Counted from the stretch's first letter, positions 1 to 9,969 are shown. The stretch: DNA of 64,000 bases from an uncultured delta proteobacterium (GCA_963775425.1 CAVZJB010000016.1:608001-672000); one strand, 5' to 3'. Made by a program: numbers and translations. Notes: generated by a model not told the origin, from the sequence alone.

Positions 1-1174
1 GGTCCCACTCCTCCATGGGCCGGCCGACGATGTGGCGTTCGAGGACGTCGACGACGGCGACCTCGAACTGCGCGTAGTTGACGTCGGTGCCTGGCTTGCC
101 GATCTGGTACCAGATGCGCGCGACGCCCTCGAGGTCCTCGCTCATCAACGAGAACAGCACGTCGACGAGGCGCTCACGGTTCTGGCGCGAGAGGCGGCCG
201 ACCATCCCGAAGTCGATGAGGCCGAGCCGCCCGTCACTCTCGAGGAACACGTTGCCGGGGTGCAGGTCGCCGTGGAAGAAGCCGTCGCGAAACAGCATCT
301 GGTAGGCGGCGTCGAGATAGTTGTGGGCGACGCTCCTGCGGGTGGCCTCGTCGGCGATGGCGGTGAGCTTCTTGCCGTGGATGCGCTCCATGGTGAGCAC
401 CGTCCCCGACGAGACCTCGGGGAACACACGCGGGATGTGGATGTGCGGCTTGTCCCGGAAGTTCTTCTCGAAGCGCTCGATGTTCGCGAGCTCCACCACG
501 AAGTCGAGCTCCCGTCCGAGGCTGGCGGCGAACTCGCGCACCATGCCCTGCAGATCGAAGGCCTCCACCTCGGGGAACACGTCCTTCACCTGCTGTGCGA
601 AGAACCGGAGCAGCGACAGATCCGCTTCGATGACCGGGCGCAGGCCGGGGCGCTGCACCTTCACGACGACGTCGGTGCCGTCCTTGAGGACTGCGCCGTG
701 CACCTGCGCGATGGACGCCGACGCGATGGGCTCCTCGTCGAACGAGCGAAACAGCGTCGCCGGCGACGCCCCCAACGCGAGCTCCACCTGCGACTCGATC
801 TCCGGCCAGGGCACGGCGGTGACGTGGTCCTGCAGCTCCTGCAAGCGGGCGACGTAGCGCTCGGGGATGAGGTCCGGGCGCGTGGAGAGGATCTGCCCGA
901 ACTTGATGAACGTGGGCCCGAGGTCCTCGAGGAGCGAGACGAGGCGGCCGGCGACGTCGGCGCCGGGCTCGTCGGTGGCCGTCTCGCCCGAGAGCACCTC
1001 CTCGCGGGCGGCCTCGAGGCGGGCCGCCGCGCCGCCGTCGTTTCGCGCGAGGAGGGCGCCGAAGCCGTGTCGCGCGAGCACGGTCGCTATCTGGCGGGCG
1101 CGGCGCGCGTCCTTGACCACGACGCCGAGCGAGCGCGTCGTCGAATAGATGGTCCGGATGAGGGAGCGCGCCAC
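1..1174 (-). CDS. ABC1/AarF/UbiB family atypical kinase (3' end runs off the window)
   Basis: Manual translation from GTG 1174: KFGQILSTRPDL, PIASASIAQVH, VVVKVQRP, FFHGDLHPGN, IDFGMVG motifs. Absent from the ORF track because no stop falls in the window. Confidence 0.9.
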   Translation of the reverse strand, partial: MARSLIRTIYSTTRSLGVVVKDARRARQIATVLARHGFGALLARNDGGAAARLEAAREEVLSGETATDEPGADVAGRLVSLLEDLGPTFIKFGQILSTRPDLIPERYVARLQELQDHVTAVPWPEIESQVELALGASPATLFRSFDEEPIASASIAQVHGAVLKDGTDVVVKVQRPGLRPVIEADLSLLRFFAQQVKDVFPEVEAFDLQGMVREFAASLGRELDFVVELANIERFEKNFRDKPHIHIPRVFPEVSSGTVLTMERIHGKKLTAIADEATRRSVAHNYLDAAYQMLFRDGFFHGDLHPGNVFLESDGRLGLIDFGMVGRLSRQNRERLVDVLFSLMSEDLEGVARIWYQIGKPGTDVNYAQFEVAVVDVLERHIVGRPMEEWD

Positions 1175-1261
1175 CCGCGTCGTCTAGCGGAAACGAGGCG
1201 TCCGCGCAGCCCCGGCCCCGAGCAATCGTCGACCGGTGCGCGGCCGCGGCGGACCGTCGCG

Positions 1262-1783
1262 TCAGTCGTCGGTGGAGGACATCAGGGTGCGCTCGCTCGT
1301 CATCAGCGGGCCGCCCTCGCCCGTCGTCACGGGGACGCCGGGGAAGTCGTCTTCCATCATCTGCTGCAGGTTCTCCTCGGAGCGCTTGAGCGCGAGCTTG
1401 ACGAGGACCTCGCGGATCTTCGGATAGTCCTTGAGGATGCCCTGGACGCGAGGGCCGTCGAAGCGCAGCGCGCGCGTGGCAGCGAGGCAGATGACGCTGG
1501 CGGAGCGGGCCTCTCCGAGGAGCGCCGCGATCTCGCCGAAGAAGCCGCCGCTGCCGAGCCGCGCCACCTCGCGCGTGGCGTCGATGCCGCCGATGCGCAC
1601 GGACAGGGAGCCCTCGAGCACGAGGAAGAACGCGTCGCCGAACTCGCCCTCTTTGACGACGCAGTGGCCCGCGGGGAAGTGCTCCTCGGCCGCGACGGCG
1701 ACGAGGCGCTTCTGCCCTCCTTCGTCGAGCAGGCCGAAGAGCTTCGAGTGGTTCTTCAGCGCCTCGGGCCGCAGGTCCGCCAT
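1262..1783 (-). CDS. Stand-alone cyclic nucleotide-binding domain protein
   Basis: VVKEGEFGDAFFLVLEG, FFGEIAALLGEARSASV cNMP signature; start re-picked at ATG 1783. Confidence 0.85.
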   Translation of the reverse strand: MADLRPEALKNHSKLFGLLDEGGQKRLVAVAAEEHFPAGHCVVKEGEFGDAFFLVLEGSLSVRIGGIDATREVARLGSGGFFGEIAALLGEARSASVICLAATRALRFDGPRVQGILKDYPKIREVLVKLALKRSEENLQQMMEDDFPGVPVTTGEGGPLMTSERTLMSSTDD

Positions 1784-1879
1784 GCCATACCATGCCGTCA
1801 AACGCCCACAGTCGTCTAGCTGTGCAACAACACGGCGCGCCCTTGGCGCCTCGCTTCGCTCGCGTGCCAAGCTGCGCCC

Positions 1880-2452
1880 ATGCCCGTGCTCCGCCCTCCA
1901 CACGGCGCCGGCCTCGCCGCCCTCGCCCTCGCGCTCTCGTCGACGGCTTGCACCTACATCGTCGTCGAGGACGAGCTCCACGCGCCCCTGCCCTGCGCCG
2001 CCGCCGAGGACTGCGCGTCGGGCTTCGCCTGCGTCGACGGCGCCTGCGCCGCCGCCGACGAGGCCGACGCCCCGCCACCGCCGGGCGTCGACGTCGGCAA
2101 GGCGGGCGGGACCGTGGCGGGCGTCGACGACGTCACGGTCACGTTTCCGCCGGACGCCCTGAGCGACGAGGTCCACGTCATCATCGAGCGGGCGTCGGCC
2201 ACCAACGTCCCGGTCGGTGTCGACGAGCGCTCCGGCTTCTACGCGGTGAGCCCCGACGCCTCCGTCGACGGCGCCAGCATCGCCCTCCCCGTCGACGGCG
2301 GCTGCGCCGGCTGCGCGGTGTTCCGTCGGCCCGACGGGGCCGGGGCGCCCTGGACCGCGCTCGATCCCGGCCCGCCCGCCGACGGCAAGGTGAGCGGCGT
2401 CCTCACCACGCTCGCCGGGGTGTACGTGGCGGGCGTCGAGGTGACGCCGTGA
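1880..2452 (+). CDS. Lipoprotein with 4-Cys N-terminal module and ZU5-like beta domain
   Basis: Signal peptide ending STAC; CAAAEDCASGFACVDGAC; GGTV..VTFPPDAL ZU5-like pattern. Confidence 0.65.
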   Translation: MPVLRPPHGAGLAALALALSSTACTYIVVEDELHAPLPCAAAEDCASGFACVDGACAAADEADAPPPPGVDVGKAGGTVAGVDDVTVTFPPDALSDEVHVIIERASATNVPVGVDERSGFYAVSPDASVDGASIALPVDGGCAGCAVFRRPDGAGAPWTALDPGPPADGKVSGVLTTLAGVYVAGVEVTP

Positions 2453-4563
2453 CCCGCGCGCGTCTCATCGCCGGCGCGCTCACCTTGGGGGCGCTCACGG
2501 CCGGCTGCTTCCCTGCCACGACCGTGGCACCGCCGGAGCCGCCGGGGCTCGCCGTCGTCGAGAGCCCGACGGCGTCGGCGCAACAGCTCCTGCGCGGCAC
2601 CAAGCCGGCCTCCACCGCCGTCGACGTCGACGGCGCCGAGGTCGCGCCGCTCGACGAAGCCACCACGTGGACGGCGCTCGTCGACCTCGTCGAGGGCACC
2701 AACAACATCACGGTCACCACGCGCGACGCGCTCGGGCAGAGCTCGACGCCAAACGTCGTCACCATCATCCTGGACACCGAGCCGCCGGACGCGCCGGTCA
2801 TCGGCGTGCCGGACATCTCCGTGCTCCCGCTGCGCACGCTCGACGCCACGCTCGAGATCACGGGCGCCGTCGTGAACCCGTCGGATCGCCTCGTCGTCGA
2901 CGGCGCCGTCGTCGCGACGAGCGGCGCGGGCTTCACCATCGAGGTGCCCCTGCCCGTCATCGGACGAAACGAGATCCGGCTCGCCGCGCGCGACATCGCG
3001 GGCAACGAGAGCGACGTGGTCGAGATCCCCGTCCTCCGCGTGGAGGACGCGGACCCGCCCGTCCTCAACGTCGCTTCGCCCGCGGACGGTGACGCGCCGC
3101 TCGTCCTCGACGCGATCACCGTGAGCGGGAGCGTCGCCGACGCCGACCTCGCCATCGGCGGCCCCGTCACCGTCACCGTCTGCGCCGACGACGGCGCCGG
3201 CGCCTGCGTCTGCACCGACGACAGCGGCGGCTGCACCCCCCCCGTCGTCGCCGGCGTGGACGCCCCGGTGGGTGACACGGCGACGTTCAGTGCCACCATC
3301 GACGACGTCGCCGCGCTCGCTCCGGGCGCGCCCGACGACGCCGTGCTGCCCTTGCTCGTCACGGCCGTCGACGAGTGGGGCAACGCCGTCTCGGTCGGCC
3401 GCGCCGTGCTGCGCGCGCAGGGGCCCGGCACCCTCGCGGGCTCCGCCGGCGCCGAGGTGGTCGCCGTGGCCGCCGGCGGCGCGCCGTTCGACGCGGCCGC
3501 GGCGTTCCTCGTCCCCGACGGGGGCGGCACGGGCACGCTCGAGCTCGCCGTCGACGACGGCGGCGGCTACAGCCCCGTCGTCGACGCCGCGGCGTTCGGC
3601 GCGGGCGTCCCGCTGTCCGTCGGCGCCGTGGCCCTCGCGCGCGACCCGCGCGCCGCGAGCCCCGCGGTGGTCCACGTCGCTTGGGCCGACCACCTCGCGC
3701 ACGCCGTCGTCTATCGCCAGCACGGCAGCGCCCCCGGCGGGGGCGCGCTCGGCGCGGAGGAGACCGTCGCCGGCGGCGGCGTCACGCCCGTCGACGCGGA
3801 GTCCGTGTCGCTCGCGCTCCTCGACGACGGCGCGCCCGTGGTCGCCTTCGTCGACGACGTGGGCGCGGTCCAGGTCGCGCGCCGCGCGGCCGCCGGCGCG
3901 TGGGATCCCGCCGTCACCGTGAGCGACGCCGTCACCGCCGCGGCGTCCCCCCCGGGCGCGCAGCACGTCGGCCTCGCCGCGACGCCGGGCACCCACACGG
4001 TGACCGTGGTCTGGCAGGAGACCACCGATCGCGACGGCGACGGCAACGACGACGCGGACATCGTCGCCGTCCGCTTCGATCTCGACGGCGCGCCGGGCGC
4101 GCCCGCGCTCGTCTCCGGCGACAGCGGCGCCTTCGTCGACGGCGCCTCCACCGCGCCGTGCATCGCGGCGCTCACCGGCGGCGCCGCGGCCGTCGGCTGG
4201 ATCGACGAGGGCGCCGGCGCCGCGCGCGCGGTCGTCGCCACCGTCGACGACGCCTTCTTCGCCGCGCCCGCGGCGCACGAGCCCGTCGTCGTCGCCGGCG
4301 CCGGCGCCACCACCGGCCTCGCGCTCGCCGCGGACCCCGGCGGCTCCGCCGGCGACGCCGTCGCCGTCCTCGTCGACGACGACGTCGACGGCCTGCTGCT
4401 TCGCTTCGCCGCGCCATCCGCTCTCGACGGGCCCGCGGGCGCGCCGCGCGTGGTCGGCCCCGTCGCGGCGCTGTCGCCGGCGATCGCGCTCGCGGGCGCC
4501 GTCGCCCACGTCGCGTACGTGGACGGCGGCGACGTGCGCGTCCTGCCCAGGGAGCTGCCGTGA
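2449..4563 (+). CDS. Large lipoprotein with Ig-like repeats and probable beta-propeller C-terminus
   Basis: GTG overlapping the upstream TGA; lipobox TAGC; repeated LVEGTNNITVTTRDALG / GRNEIRLAARDIAGN / AVDEWGN Ig-like motifs. Confidence 0.7.
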   Translation: MTRARLIAGALTLGALTAGCFPATTVAPPEPPGLAVVESPTASAQQLLRGTKPASTAVDVDGAEVAPLDEATTWTALVDLVEGTNNITVTTRDALGQSSTPNVVTIILDTEPPDAPVIGVPDISVLPLRTLDATLEITGAVVNPSDRLVVDGAVVATSGAGFTIEVPLPVIGRNEIRLAARDIAGNESDVVEIPVLRVEDADPPVLNVASPADGDAPLVLDAITVSGSVADADLAIGGPVTVTVCADDGAGACVCTDDSGGCTPPVVAGVDAPVGDTATFSATIDDVAALAPGAPDDAVLPLLVTAVDEWGNAVSVGRAVLRAQGPGTLAGSAGAEVVAVAAGGAPFDAAAAFLVPDGGGTGTLELAVDDGGGYSPVVDAAAFGAGVPLSVGAVALARDPRAASPAVVHVAWADHLAHAVVYRQHGSAPGGGALGAEETVAGGGVTPVDAESVSLALLDDGAPVVAFVDDVGAVQVARRAAAGAWDPAVTVSDAVTAAASPPGAQHVGLAATPGTHTVTVVWQETTDRDGDGNDDADIVAVRFDLDGAPGAPALVSGDSGAFVDGASTAPCIAALTGGAAAVGWIDEGAGAARAVVATVDDAFFAAPAAHEPVVVAGAGATTGLALAADPGGSAGDAVAVLVDDDVDGLLLRFAAPSALDGPAGAPRVVGPVAALSPAIALAGAVAHVAYVDGGDVRVLPRELP

Positions 4564-5915
4564 TGCATCGGACCTCCGCGCCCGCCGCGATGAGCGTCGT
4601 CTGCTTGTTGGCGGTGTCGCTCGCGGGCGCGCATGCCGGCGCCATCGAGCCCGGCGGGCGCTGCTCGCTCAAGGCGCCGCTCACCGTCACCATCTACCGC
4701 CGCGCCGGGAGCATCGAGGACACCCTCGAGCGCGGCTCCGACGTGGAGCTCATCTCGGTGAGCGACACCGGCATCGCCCGCGTGCGCGCCGGCGACGTCA
4801 AGGCGAACGTCGCGTTCGCCGACCTCGACAGCGCCTGCAGCGGGACCCTGCGGATGTGCACGCTGCGCAGCCCGGTGCTGATGTACGAGCAGAACCGCAG
4901 CGACAGCAAGTCGTGGCGCATCAAGACCGGCGCCGACGTCAACATCCTCAAGGAGGGCAAGACGTGGGCGGCGGTGCGCACCGCCAATCTCGTCGGCTTC
5001 GTGAAGAGCGGCGACATGAACCGCGCCTGCCAGCTCCGCAACGCCGCCGCCGGCGCGACGGCCCCGGGCTCCTCCGACAACGGCGGCGGCGGCACAGGCG
5101 AGTACGTCGAACGCGGCGACGGGCCAGGGATCCTGCTGTTGCCGTTCGACCTCGAGGGGGGCGCGCCGGCGACCACCGCGGCGGCGCTCTTCAATCTGCT
5201 CTTTCAGCGGGTCGGCTATTACCGCCCTGACTCCGGCCGGGCCGGCGTCGACGAAAAGCGCAAGCCCACGCCCCTTCACGAGCAGATCGCGGCCGCGGCC
5301 CGACGCGCGCAAGGCGCCGGCATGGCGTACGCGCTCATCGGCCGCTTCTCGCTTGCGCCCGCCGCGCCCGGACAGGCCGTCGAGGGAAAGGGCGTCCTCG
5401 AGCTCGCCGTCGTCGACGCCAAGAGCGCCAAGGTGCTGAAGGGCGTGCGGCTCACGGGGCCCACCACCCAGGCAGCCGATCCCTGGCCGGAGCGCGCGCT
5501 CGCTGCGCTCCTCGCCGTGCTCGCGCCGGCCCCGGGCTCCAAGATCCCCGTGCCGCCGGGCAAGAGCACCGTCGAGGTCGCGCCCGCGTCGCCGGGGACG
5601 CCGGCCGCGCCGCGCCCGCGCACCGAGGTCGAGACGCGCCCCGACGCGCCGTGGTTCGCCAACGGCTGGGGCTACCTGCTGTTCGGCGGCGCCGTCGCCG
5701 CCGGCGTCGGCAGCGGCTTCGCGGGCGTCCTCGCCAACGACGACAACGACCGCGCCAACGCCGCCGTGCAGACCGACCTCGCGCGCAACGACCACCGAAA
5801 CACCGCGCTCGCCGAGGCCATCACCGCCGACTCCCTCGGGGTGGTGGCCGCCGGCGCCGTCATCGCGACCGTCGTGGTGTTCGCCACGCGCGCGGGGCTC
5901 GACGACGGCCCCTGA
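4563..5915 (+). CDS. Exported protein with two SH3-like repeats, an alpha/beta domain and a C-terminal hydrophobic helix pair
   Basis: ATG overlapping the upstream stop; signal peptide AHAGA; WAAVRTANLVGFVK SH3b-like; two Gly/Ala-rich hydrophobic segments at the C-terminus. Confidence 0.65.
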   Translation: MHRTSAPAAMSVVCLLAVSLAGAHAGAIEPGGRCSLKAPLTVTIYRRAGSIEDTLERGSDVELISVSDTGIARVRAGDVKANVAFADLDSACSGTLRMCTLRSPVLMYEQNRSDSKSWRIKTGADVNILKEGKTWAAVRTANLVGFVKSGDMNRACQLRNAAAGATAPGSSDNGGGGTGEYVERGDGPGILLLPFDLEGGAPATTAAALFNLLFQRVGYYRPDSGRAGVDEKRKPTPLHEQIAAAARRAQGAGMAYALIGRFSLAPAAPGQAVEGKGVLELAVVDAKSAKVLKGVRLTGPTTQAADPWPERALAALLAVLAPAPGSKIPVPPGKSTVEVAPASPGTPAAPRPRTEVETRPDAPWFANGWGYLLFGGAVAAGVGSGFAGVLANDDNDRANAAVQTDLARNDHRNTALAEAITADSLGVVAAGAVIATVVVFATRAGLDDGP

Positions 5916-5942
5916 GGGTCGCGCGCGGCGACCCTCGGGGCC
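5907..5942. terminator. GC-rich hairpin between convergent genes
   Basis: GGCCCCTGAGGGTCGC-N5-GCGACCCTCGGGGCC; no U-tract. Confidence 0.5.
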
Positions 5943-5951
5943 GTCGCGCGC

Positions 5952-6968
5952 TCAACGCGTGAGCACGAACTGCGTCACCGCGTAGGGGTGCGCGGGGTCG
6001 TTGCCCGGGAGCGTGTCGTCGGTGGGCGGGGCGTCGCCGCCGGGCTGGGTCTGGTCGCCCGGCTGCGTCTGGTCCCCGGGCTGCGTGTCGTCGCCCGGCT
6101 GCGGCTGGTCGCCCGGCTGGGTCTGGTCGCCCGGCTGCGTGTCGTCGCCCGGCTGCGTGTCGTCGCCCGGCTGGGTCTGGTCGCCCGGCTGCGTGTCGTC
6201 GCCGGGGGTGCCGGTGTCGCCGCCGCACCCGGGGAGGTCGCCGTCGCCGTCGCCGTCGTCGTCGGGGAGGTCGACGCTGCCGTCGCCGTTGTCGTCGCCG
6301 GGGAGCGGCTCGCAGTTGCCGTTGTTGTCGGCGAAGGTGGCGCCGAGCGTGACGACGAGCGCCTGCGGGTTGTCCGGATCCTGCTCGGTGTCGACGCTGA
6401 CGTCGCACGGCTCCTCGTCGTAGTCGGTGTACGCGAACGCGTCGTAGGCGACGCCGCTGTCGGGGCCCTCGCAGCCGAGGCCGAGGATGTCCGCGCCGTT
6501 GGCGTGGCCGCCCACCTCGATGCGCTTACCCACGCCCGGGCGGAGGAAGGCGCCGTTGTTTCCGTTTTGCACGGCGAGCTGAAGCATCACGCGGATGCCG
6601 TCGCTGCGCAGGGCGTAGACGTTGACCTCGGTGTAGTAGCCGTCGTCGTAGACGGACGCGAGGTCGGTGGGCGCGTCGACCCCGATGGGCCCGACGTGGC
6701 CCTTGATGTGTCCCGCGGCGACGCCGCGGAACAGGAGCGTGTCGTCCCACGGCGGGAGCTGCGGCTGCACCGTGTTGTTCCCGGGGTCGCCGGGATCGGT
6801 CTTGGGATCGTCGGCGCTCGAGTGCGACGGCGTGTCCGCCGGATCGGAGACGCGCGAGCCGTCCAACGATCCGGGGACGTTGATGGTGTCGCCTGAGCCG
6901 ACGCCGTTGATGCAGGCGGCCGACGCCAGGGCCACCGCGAGGAGAGAGATGCCGGGAACGTGCCTCAT
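5952..6968 (-). CDS. Lipoprotein with PGD(D/Q)TQ repeat tract
   Basis: ATG 6968 with GGAGG upstream; lipobox SAAC; about 9 hexapeptide repeats. Confidence 0.75.
   Translation of the reverse strand: MRHVPGISLLAVALASAACINGVGSGDTINVPGSLDGSRVSDPADTPSHSSADDPKTDPGDPGNNTVQPQLPPWDDTLLFRGVAAGHIKGHVGPIGVDAPTDLASVYDDGYYTEVNVYALRSDGIRVMLQLAVQNGNNGAFLRPGVGKRIEVGGHANGADILGLGCEGPDSGVAYDAFAYTDYDEEPCDVSVDTEQDPDNPQALVVTLGATFADNNGNCEPLPGDDNGDGSVDLPDDDGDGDGDLPGCGGDTGTPGDDTQPGDQTQPGDDTQPGDDTQPGDQTQPGDQPQPGDDTQPGDQTQPGDQTQPGGDAPPTDDTLPGNDPAHPYAVTQFVLTR
6040..6205 (-). repeat. 18-bp coding tandem repeat (PGDDTQ/PGDQTQ, about 9 copies)
   Basis: Direct reading of CCCGGCTG(C/G)GT... units. Confidence 0.9.
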
Positions 6969-7088
6969 GTGTGTTTCGTCCTCCCGCGCCCTTCGTAGCG
7001 CGGGGGTGCCTCCCTCCATCATCGGTCGATCCTCAAAGCGCATCGGTCGCTCGACAACGAGCGCGCGTCAGCCGGGCGCAGTCATCGG

Positions 7089-8240
7089 TCAACGGACCCA
7101 GAGGTCCATGTGCACGACCTCCATGTCCTCGTTGTCCGAGCCCTCGGTGAACATCAACCGGATCTCGACGGGCACCGACGCGTCGTGGACGGCCCCGGTG
7201 TCGACGAGGAACGACGGCGCCGACTCGGGCGCGCCCACGCAGCTCGCGTCGCCGAGGTCCTGGCCGTCGAAGAGCGTGTCGGTCTCGTCGAAGAACCGCG
7301 TGCCGGTGTCCTGCGGGTCCACCGACTCCGCCGGCTCCTCGCACAGGTAGTTGCTGCCCACGAAGGCGGGCGGTGAGGCGGCGATGCTGCCCACGCATGG
7401 GCAGGAGCAGGCGTCGTTCGCGAAGACGTCGGTGCAGCCGTGCGCGAAGGTGTAGACGTGCTCGCGCGGGTCGCCGACGAGGATGCCCATGCCGTCGACG
7501 AACGACAAATCGATGCTGCCCTGATCGTCGCGGAACGCGTCGGCGCCGCCAAAGCCGAACGCGCGCACGACGCCGCGCATCTCGCGCCACGCATACGGCG
7601 GCGGGAAGAACGCCGACGCCTGCGACGCGCCGCCGGCGTCGGGCCGTCGGCAGCCCCGCGACGACGCGACCCAGCCGGAGGGACACGGCTGCCCCTCGTC
7701 GAAGCGAAGCAGCAAGCCCCAGCCGCCGCCGTCGGTCTGCATGTCGCACTCCACCGCGCCGCCGGCGAGCGTGTACACACCGCTCGTCGCCGCGGGATCG
7801 GCCTCGAGCACCTCGAGGCACGTAGCGGGCGGCGCGCCGGTGCCCGCGTCGTCAACGTTGCCCGCGTCGTCGACGGCGCCCGCGTCCTCGACGGTGCCCG
7901 CGTCGTCGACGTTGCCCGCGTCCTCGACCGTGCCCGCGTCGTCGACGTTGCCCGCGTCGTCGACGTTGCCCGCGTCGTCGACGGTGCCCGCGTCCTCGAC
8001 GGAGCCGGCGTCGTCGACGGTGCCGGCGTCGTCGTTGACGGGGGCGCCGGCGTCGGCGGCGAGCGTGGGCGCCGGCCGGACGCGGCAGATCCCGTCGGAG
8101 CAGGTCTCGCCCTGGGAGCAGTCGGTGAGCGCGGCGCACGCCCGCGCGAAGTCCGCGTCGACGGAGCACGCGCCGGCGGCGGCCGCGGCGCCGAGCGCGG
8201 CGACGCATGCGACTCGACGGAGCCACGCGGCGGGCATCAT
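7089..8240 (-). CDS. Lipoprotein: 4-Cys module, DDAG linker, fibrinogen-like C-terminal domain
   Basis: Lipobox AGAC; CAALTDCSQGETCSDGIC; TCLEVL..SGVYTL..VECDMQTDGGGW fibrinogen-related motif. Confidence 0.8.
   Translation of the reverse strand: MMPAAWLRRVACVAALGAAAAAGACSVDADFARACAALTDCSQGETCSDGICRVRPAPTLAADAGAPVNDDAGTVDDAGSVEDAGTVDDAGNVDDAGNVDDAGTVEDAGNVDDAGTVEDAGAVDDAGNVDDAGTGAPPATCLEVLEADPAATSGVYTLAGGAVECDMQTDGGGWGLLLRFDEGQPCPSGWVASSRGCRRPDAGGASQASAFFPPPYAWREMRGVVRAFGFGGADAFRDDQGSIDLSFVDGMGILVGDPREHVYTFAHGCTDVFANDACSCPCVGSIAASPPAFVGSNYLCEEPAESVDPQDTGTRFFDETDTLFDGQDLGDASCVGAPESAPSFLVDTGAVHDASVPVEIRLMFTEGSDNEDMEVVHMDLWVR
7843..8035 (-). repeat. 18-bp coding tandem repeat ((D/E)DAG(T/N/S)V, about 11 copies)
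   Basis: Direct reading. Confidence 0.9.
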
Positions 8241-8281
8241 CCTCGACGATAGCGCGCCCGCGCATCACATGCGGCGGACGG

Positions 8282-9271
8282 TCAGGGGCAGGCGCAGCTC
8301 GTGCCGGGGGAACAGACGGCGCTCGCGCCGTCGCACGAGAGCGCACACGAGGCCGCGTCGGCGGCGCAGGTGAGCGCACACGGCGACGCGGTGCATGTGA
8401 GCGTGCAGGTGGAGCCGGTGGAGCAAGCCAGGGCGACGGTGGCGGTAGCGCCCTGGGGCTCGACCTTGCACTGCGCAGCGTTCTGGCAGGTGAAGTCGCT
8501 CTGGGCGCTGCCGCCGTCGCTGAGCGCAAAGCGGCACGTCGAGGCGTCGCACGTGCCGATGAACACCGGCGATCCGTGGAGCGTGTTGTCGCAGGAGGCG
8601 CCGGTGTCGCAGTCGACGCGCGAGTCGGTCGAGCCGAGGCTGAGGTCGGCGCGGCACGTCGCCGCGCTGCAGACGAGGGACGGCTGCGTGCCGCCGGTCT
8701 GCAGCGTCGTGCATACGCTCCCGGCGTCGCAGCGGAGGTCGCACCCGCCGTCGCAGACCATCATGCAGGTGCCGCAGCCGGCGTTGCAGGACTCATTGCC
8801 GGCGGTGCAGCACGGGGAGCACGTCGTCGCGCAGTCGTCCGGACAGGCCCCGCCGCACGCCGCCGTCCCGTCGTAGGCGCCGATGCAGACGCCGCCGGGC
8901 TCGAGCGTGTCGCGCTGCGTGCACGCGAACCCGTCGTCGCAGTCCCCTTCCCCTTCCCCTTCCCCTTCCCCTTCGCCTTCGCCTTCGCCTTCGCCTTCGC
9001 CTTCGCCTTCGCCTTCGCCTTCGCCTTGGCCGGAGCCGGCGTCGGCCCCGGCGTCGACGGGGGGGCCGGGACCGGCATCGACGGCGCGGGGCGAGCCGGC
9101 ATCGATGCGCGCGGGGAGCGAGCAGCGGCCGGCGGAGCAGACCTCACCCGCGGCGCAATCGCCGTCGCCGGCGCACACGCGGAGGAACCCGGGATCGCCC
9201 CCACAGGCGGCGACGCCAAGGAGCGCTCCGAGGAGGGCGCCGAGGACGATCAGGTCGACGCACGCGCGCAT
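8282..9271 (-). CDS. Lipoprotein: 4-Cys module, (GE)n linker, very Cys-rich C-terminal domain
   Basis: Lipobox VAAC; CAGDGDCAAGEVCSAGRC; (GE)13; repeated CxxxC motifs. Confidence 0.75.
   Translation of the reverse strand: MRACVDLIVLGALLGALLGVAACGGDPGFLRVCAGDGDCAAGEVCSAGRCSLPARIDAGSPRAVDAGPGPPVDAGADAGSGQGEGEGEGEGEGEGEGEGEGEGEGEGEGDCDDGFACTQRDTLEPGGVCIGAYDGTAACGGACPDDCATTCSPCCTAGNESCNAGCGTCMMVCDGGCDLRCDAGSVCTTLQTGGTQPSLVCSAATCRADLSLGSTDSRVDCDTGASCDNTLHGSPVFIGTCDASTCRFALSDGGSAQSDFTCQNAAQCKVEPQGATATVALACSTGSTCTLTCTASPCALTCAADAASCALSCDGASAVCSPGTSCACP
8944..9026 (-). repeat. 6-bp repeat GG(C/G)GAA encoding (GE)n
   Basis: Direct reading of cttcgc/cttccc units. Confidence 0.95.
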
Positions 9272-9312
9272 CCCTCACTGTAGCGCGCCCGAACGAAGGG
9301 CATCGCGGGCGG

Positions 9313-9969
9313 TCAGCCGCCGACGGGGACGACGGCGCCGGTGACGATGTGGTTGTCCGGTGACGCGAGCCAGACGATGGTGGCGGCGATGTCGGCGGGG
9401 CTCGCCCACAGCGACCGGTCGGCGCCGGGCATGGCGGCGCGGTTCGCGGGCGTGTCGATCGTGGTCGGGGCCACCGCGTTCACGAGGACCTCCGCCGAAC
9501 GAAGCTCCGCGGCCGCGGCGCGCGTCAAGGCGATCACCGCGGCCTTCGACGCCGCATAGAGCGCCAACTGCGCCGGCGCCGCCTCGGCCGCGTGCGAGGC
9601 AACGTTCACGATGCGCCCGGCGCGCCCGCGCATCTGGCGCGCAGCTTCGCGTGTGCAGAGGAACGCGCTCGTGAAGTTGATGTCGAGCATGCGCCGCGCG
9701 TCGTCGACGGTGGCGTCGACGAGCGCGCCCATGGCGAAGCCGCCGACCACGTGCACCGACGCCCACAGCGGCGGCAGCGCCGCGTAGAGCGCGCGCACGG
9801 CGGCGTCGTCGGTGACGTCGACGCGGGGGAGCTTCTGCACCCCCGCGGGCACGGCGTTTCGGGCGGGCGCGTGCACGACGGCGCCGGCGGCGCCGAAGGC
9901 CGCGACGACGGCGCTCCCGAGCGCGCCGTCGGCGCCGGTGACGAGGACGTGGCGGTTCGCGAGAGCCAT
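9313..9969 (-). CDS. Short-chain dehydrogenase/reductase (SDR)
   Basis: VLVTGADGALG, IVNVAS, YAASK, VNAVAP motifs. Confidence 0.92.
   Translation of the reverse strand: MALANRHVLVTGADGALGSAVVAAFGAAGAVVHAPARNAVPAGVQKLPRVDVTDDAAVRALYAALPPLWASVHVVGGFAMGALVDATVDDARRMLDINFTSAFLCTREAARQMRGRAGRIVNVASHAAEAAPAQLALYAASKAAVIALTRAAAAELRSAEVLVNAVAPTTIDTPANRAAMPGADRSLWASPADIAATIVWLASPDNHIVTGAVVPVGG

Noticed and set aside
32-1819. 595-aa plus-strand ORF and similar long ORFs (10256-14716, 14803-17073, 19157-21655, 36022-40848, 50904-54278)
   Set aside because: Antisense shadows of genuine genes caused by stop-codon scarcity in high-GC DNA; no motifs of their own.
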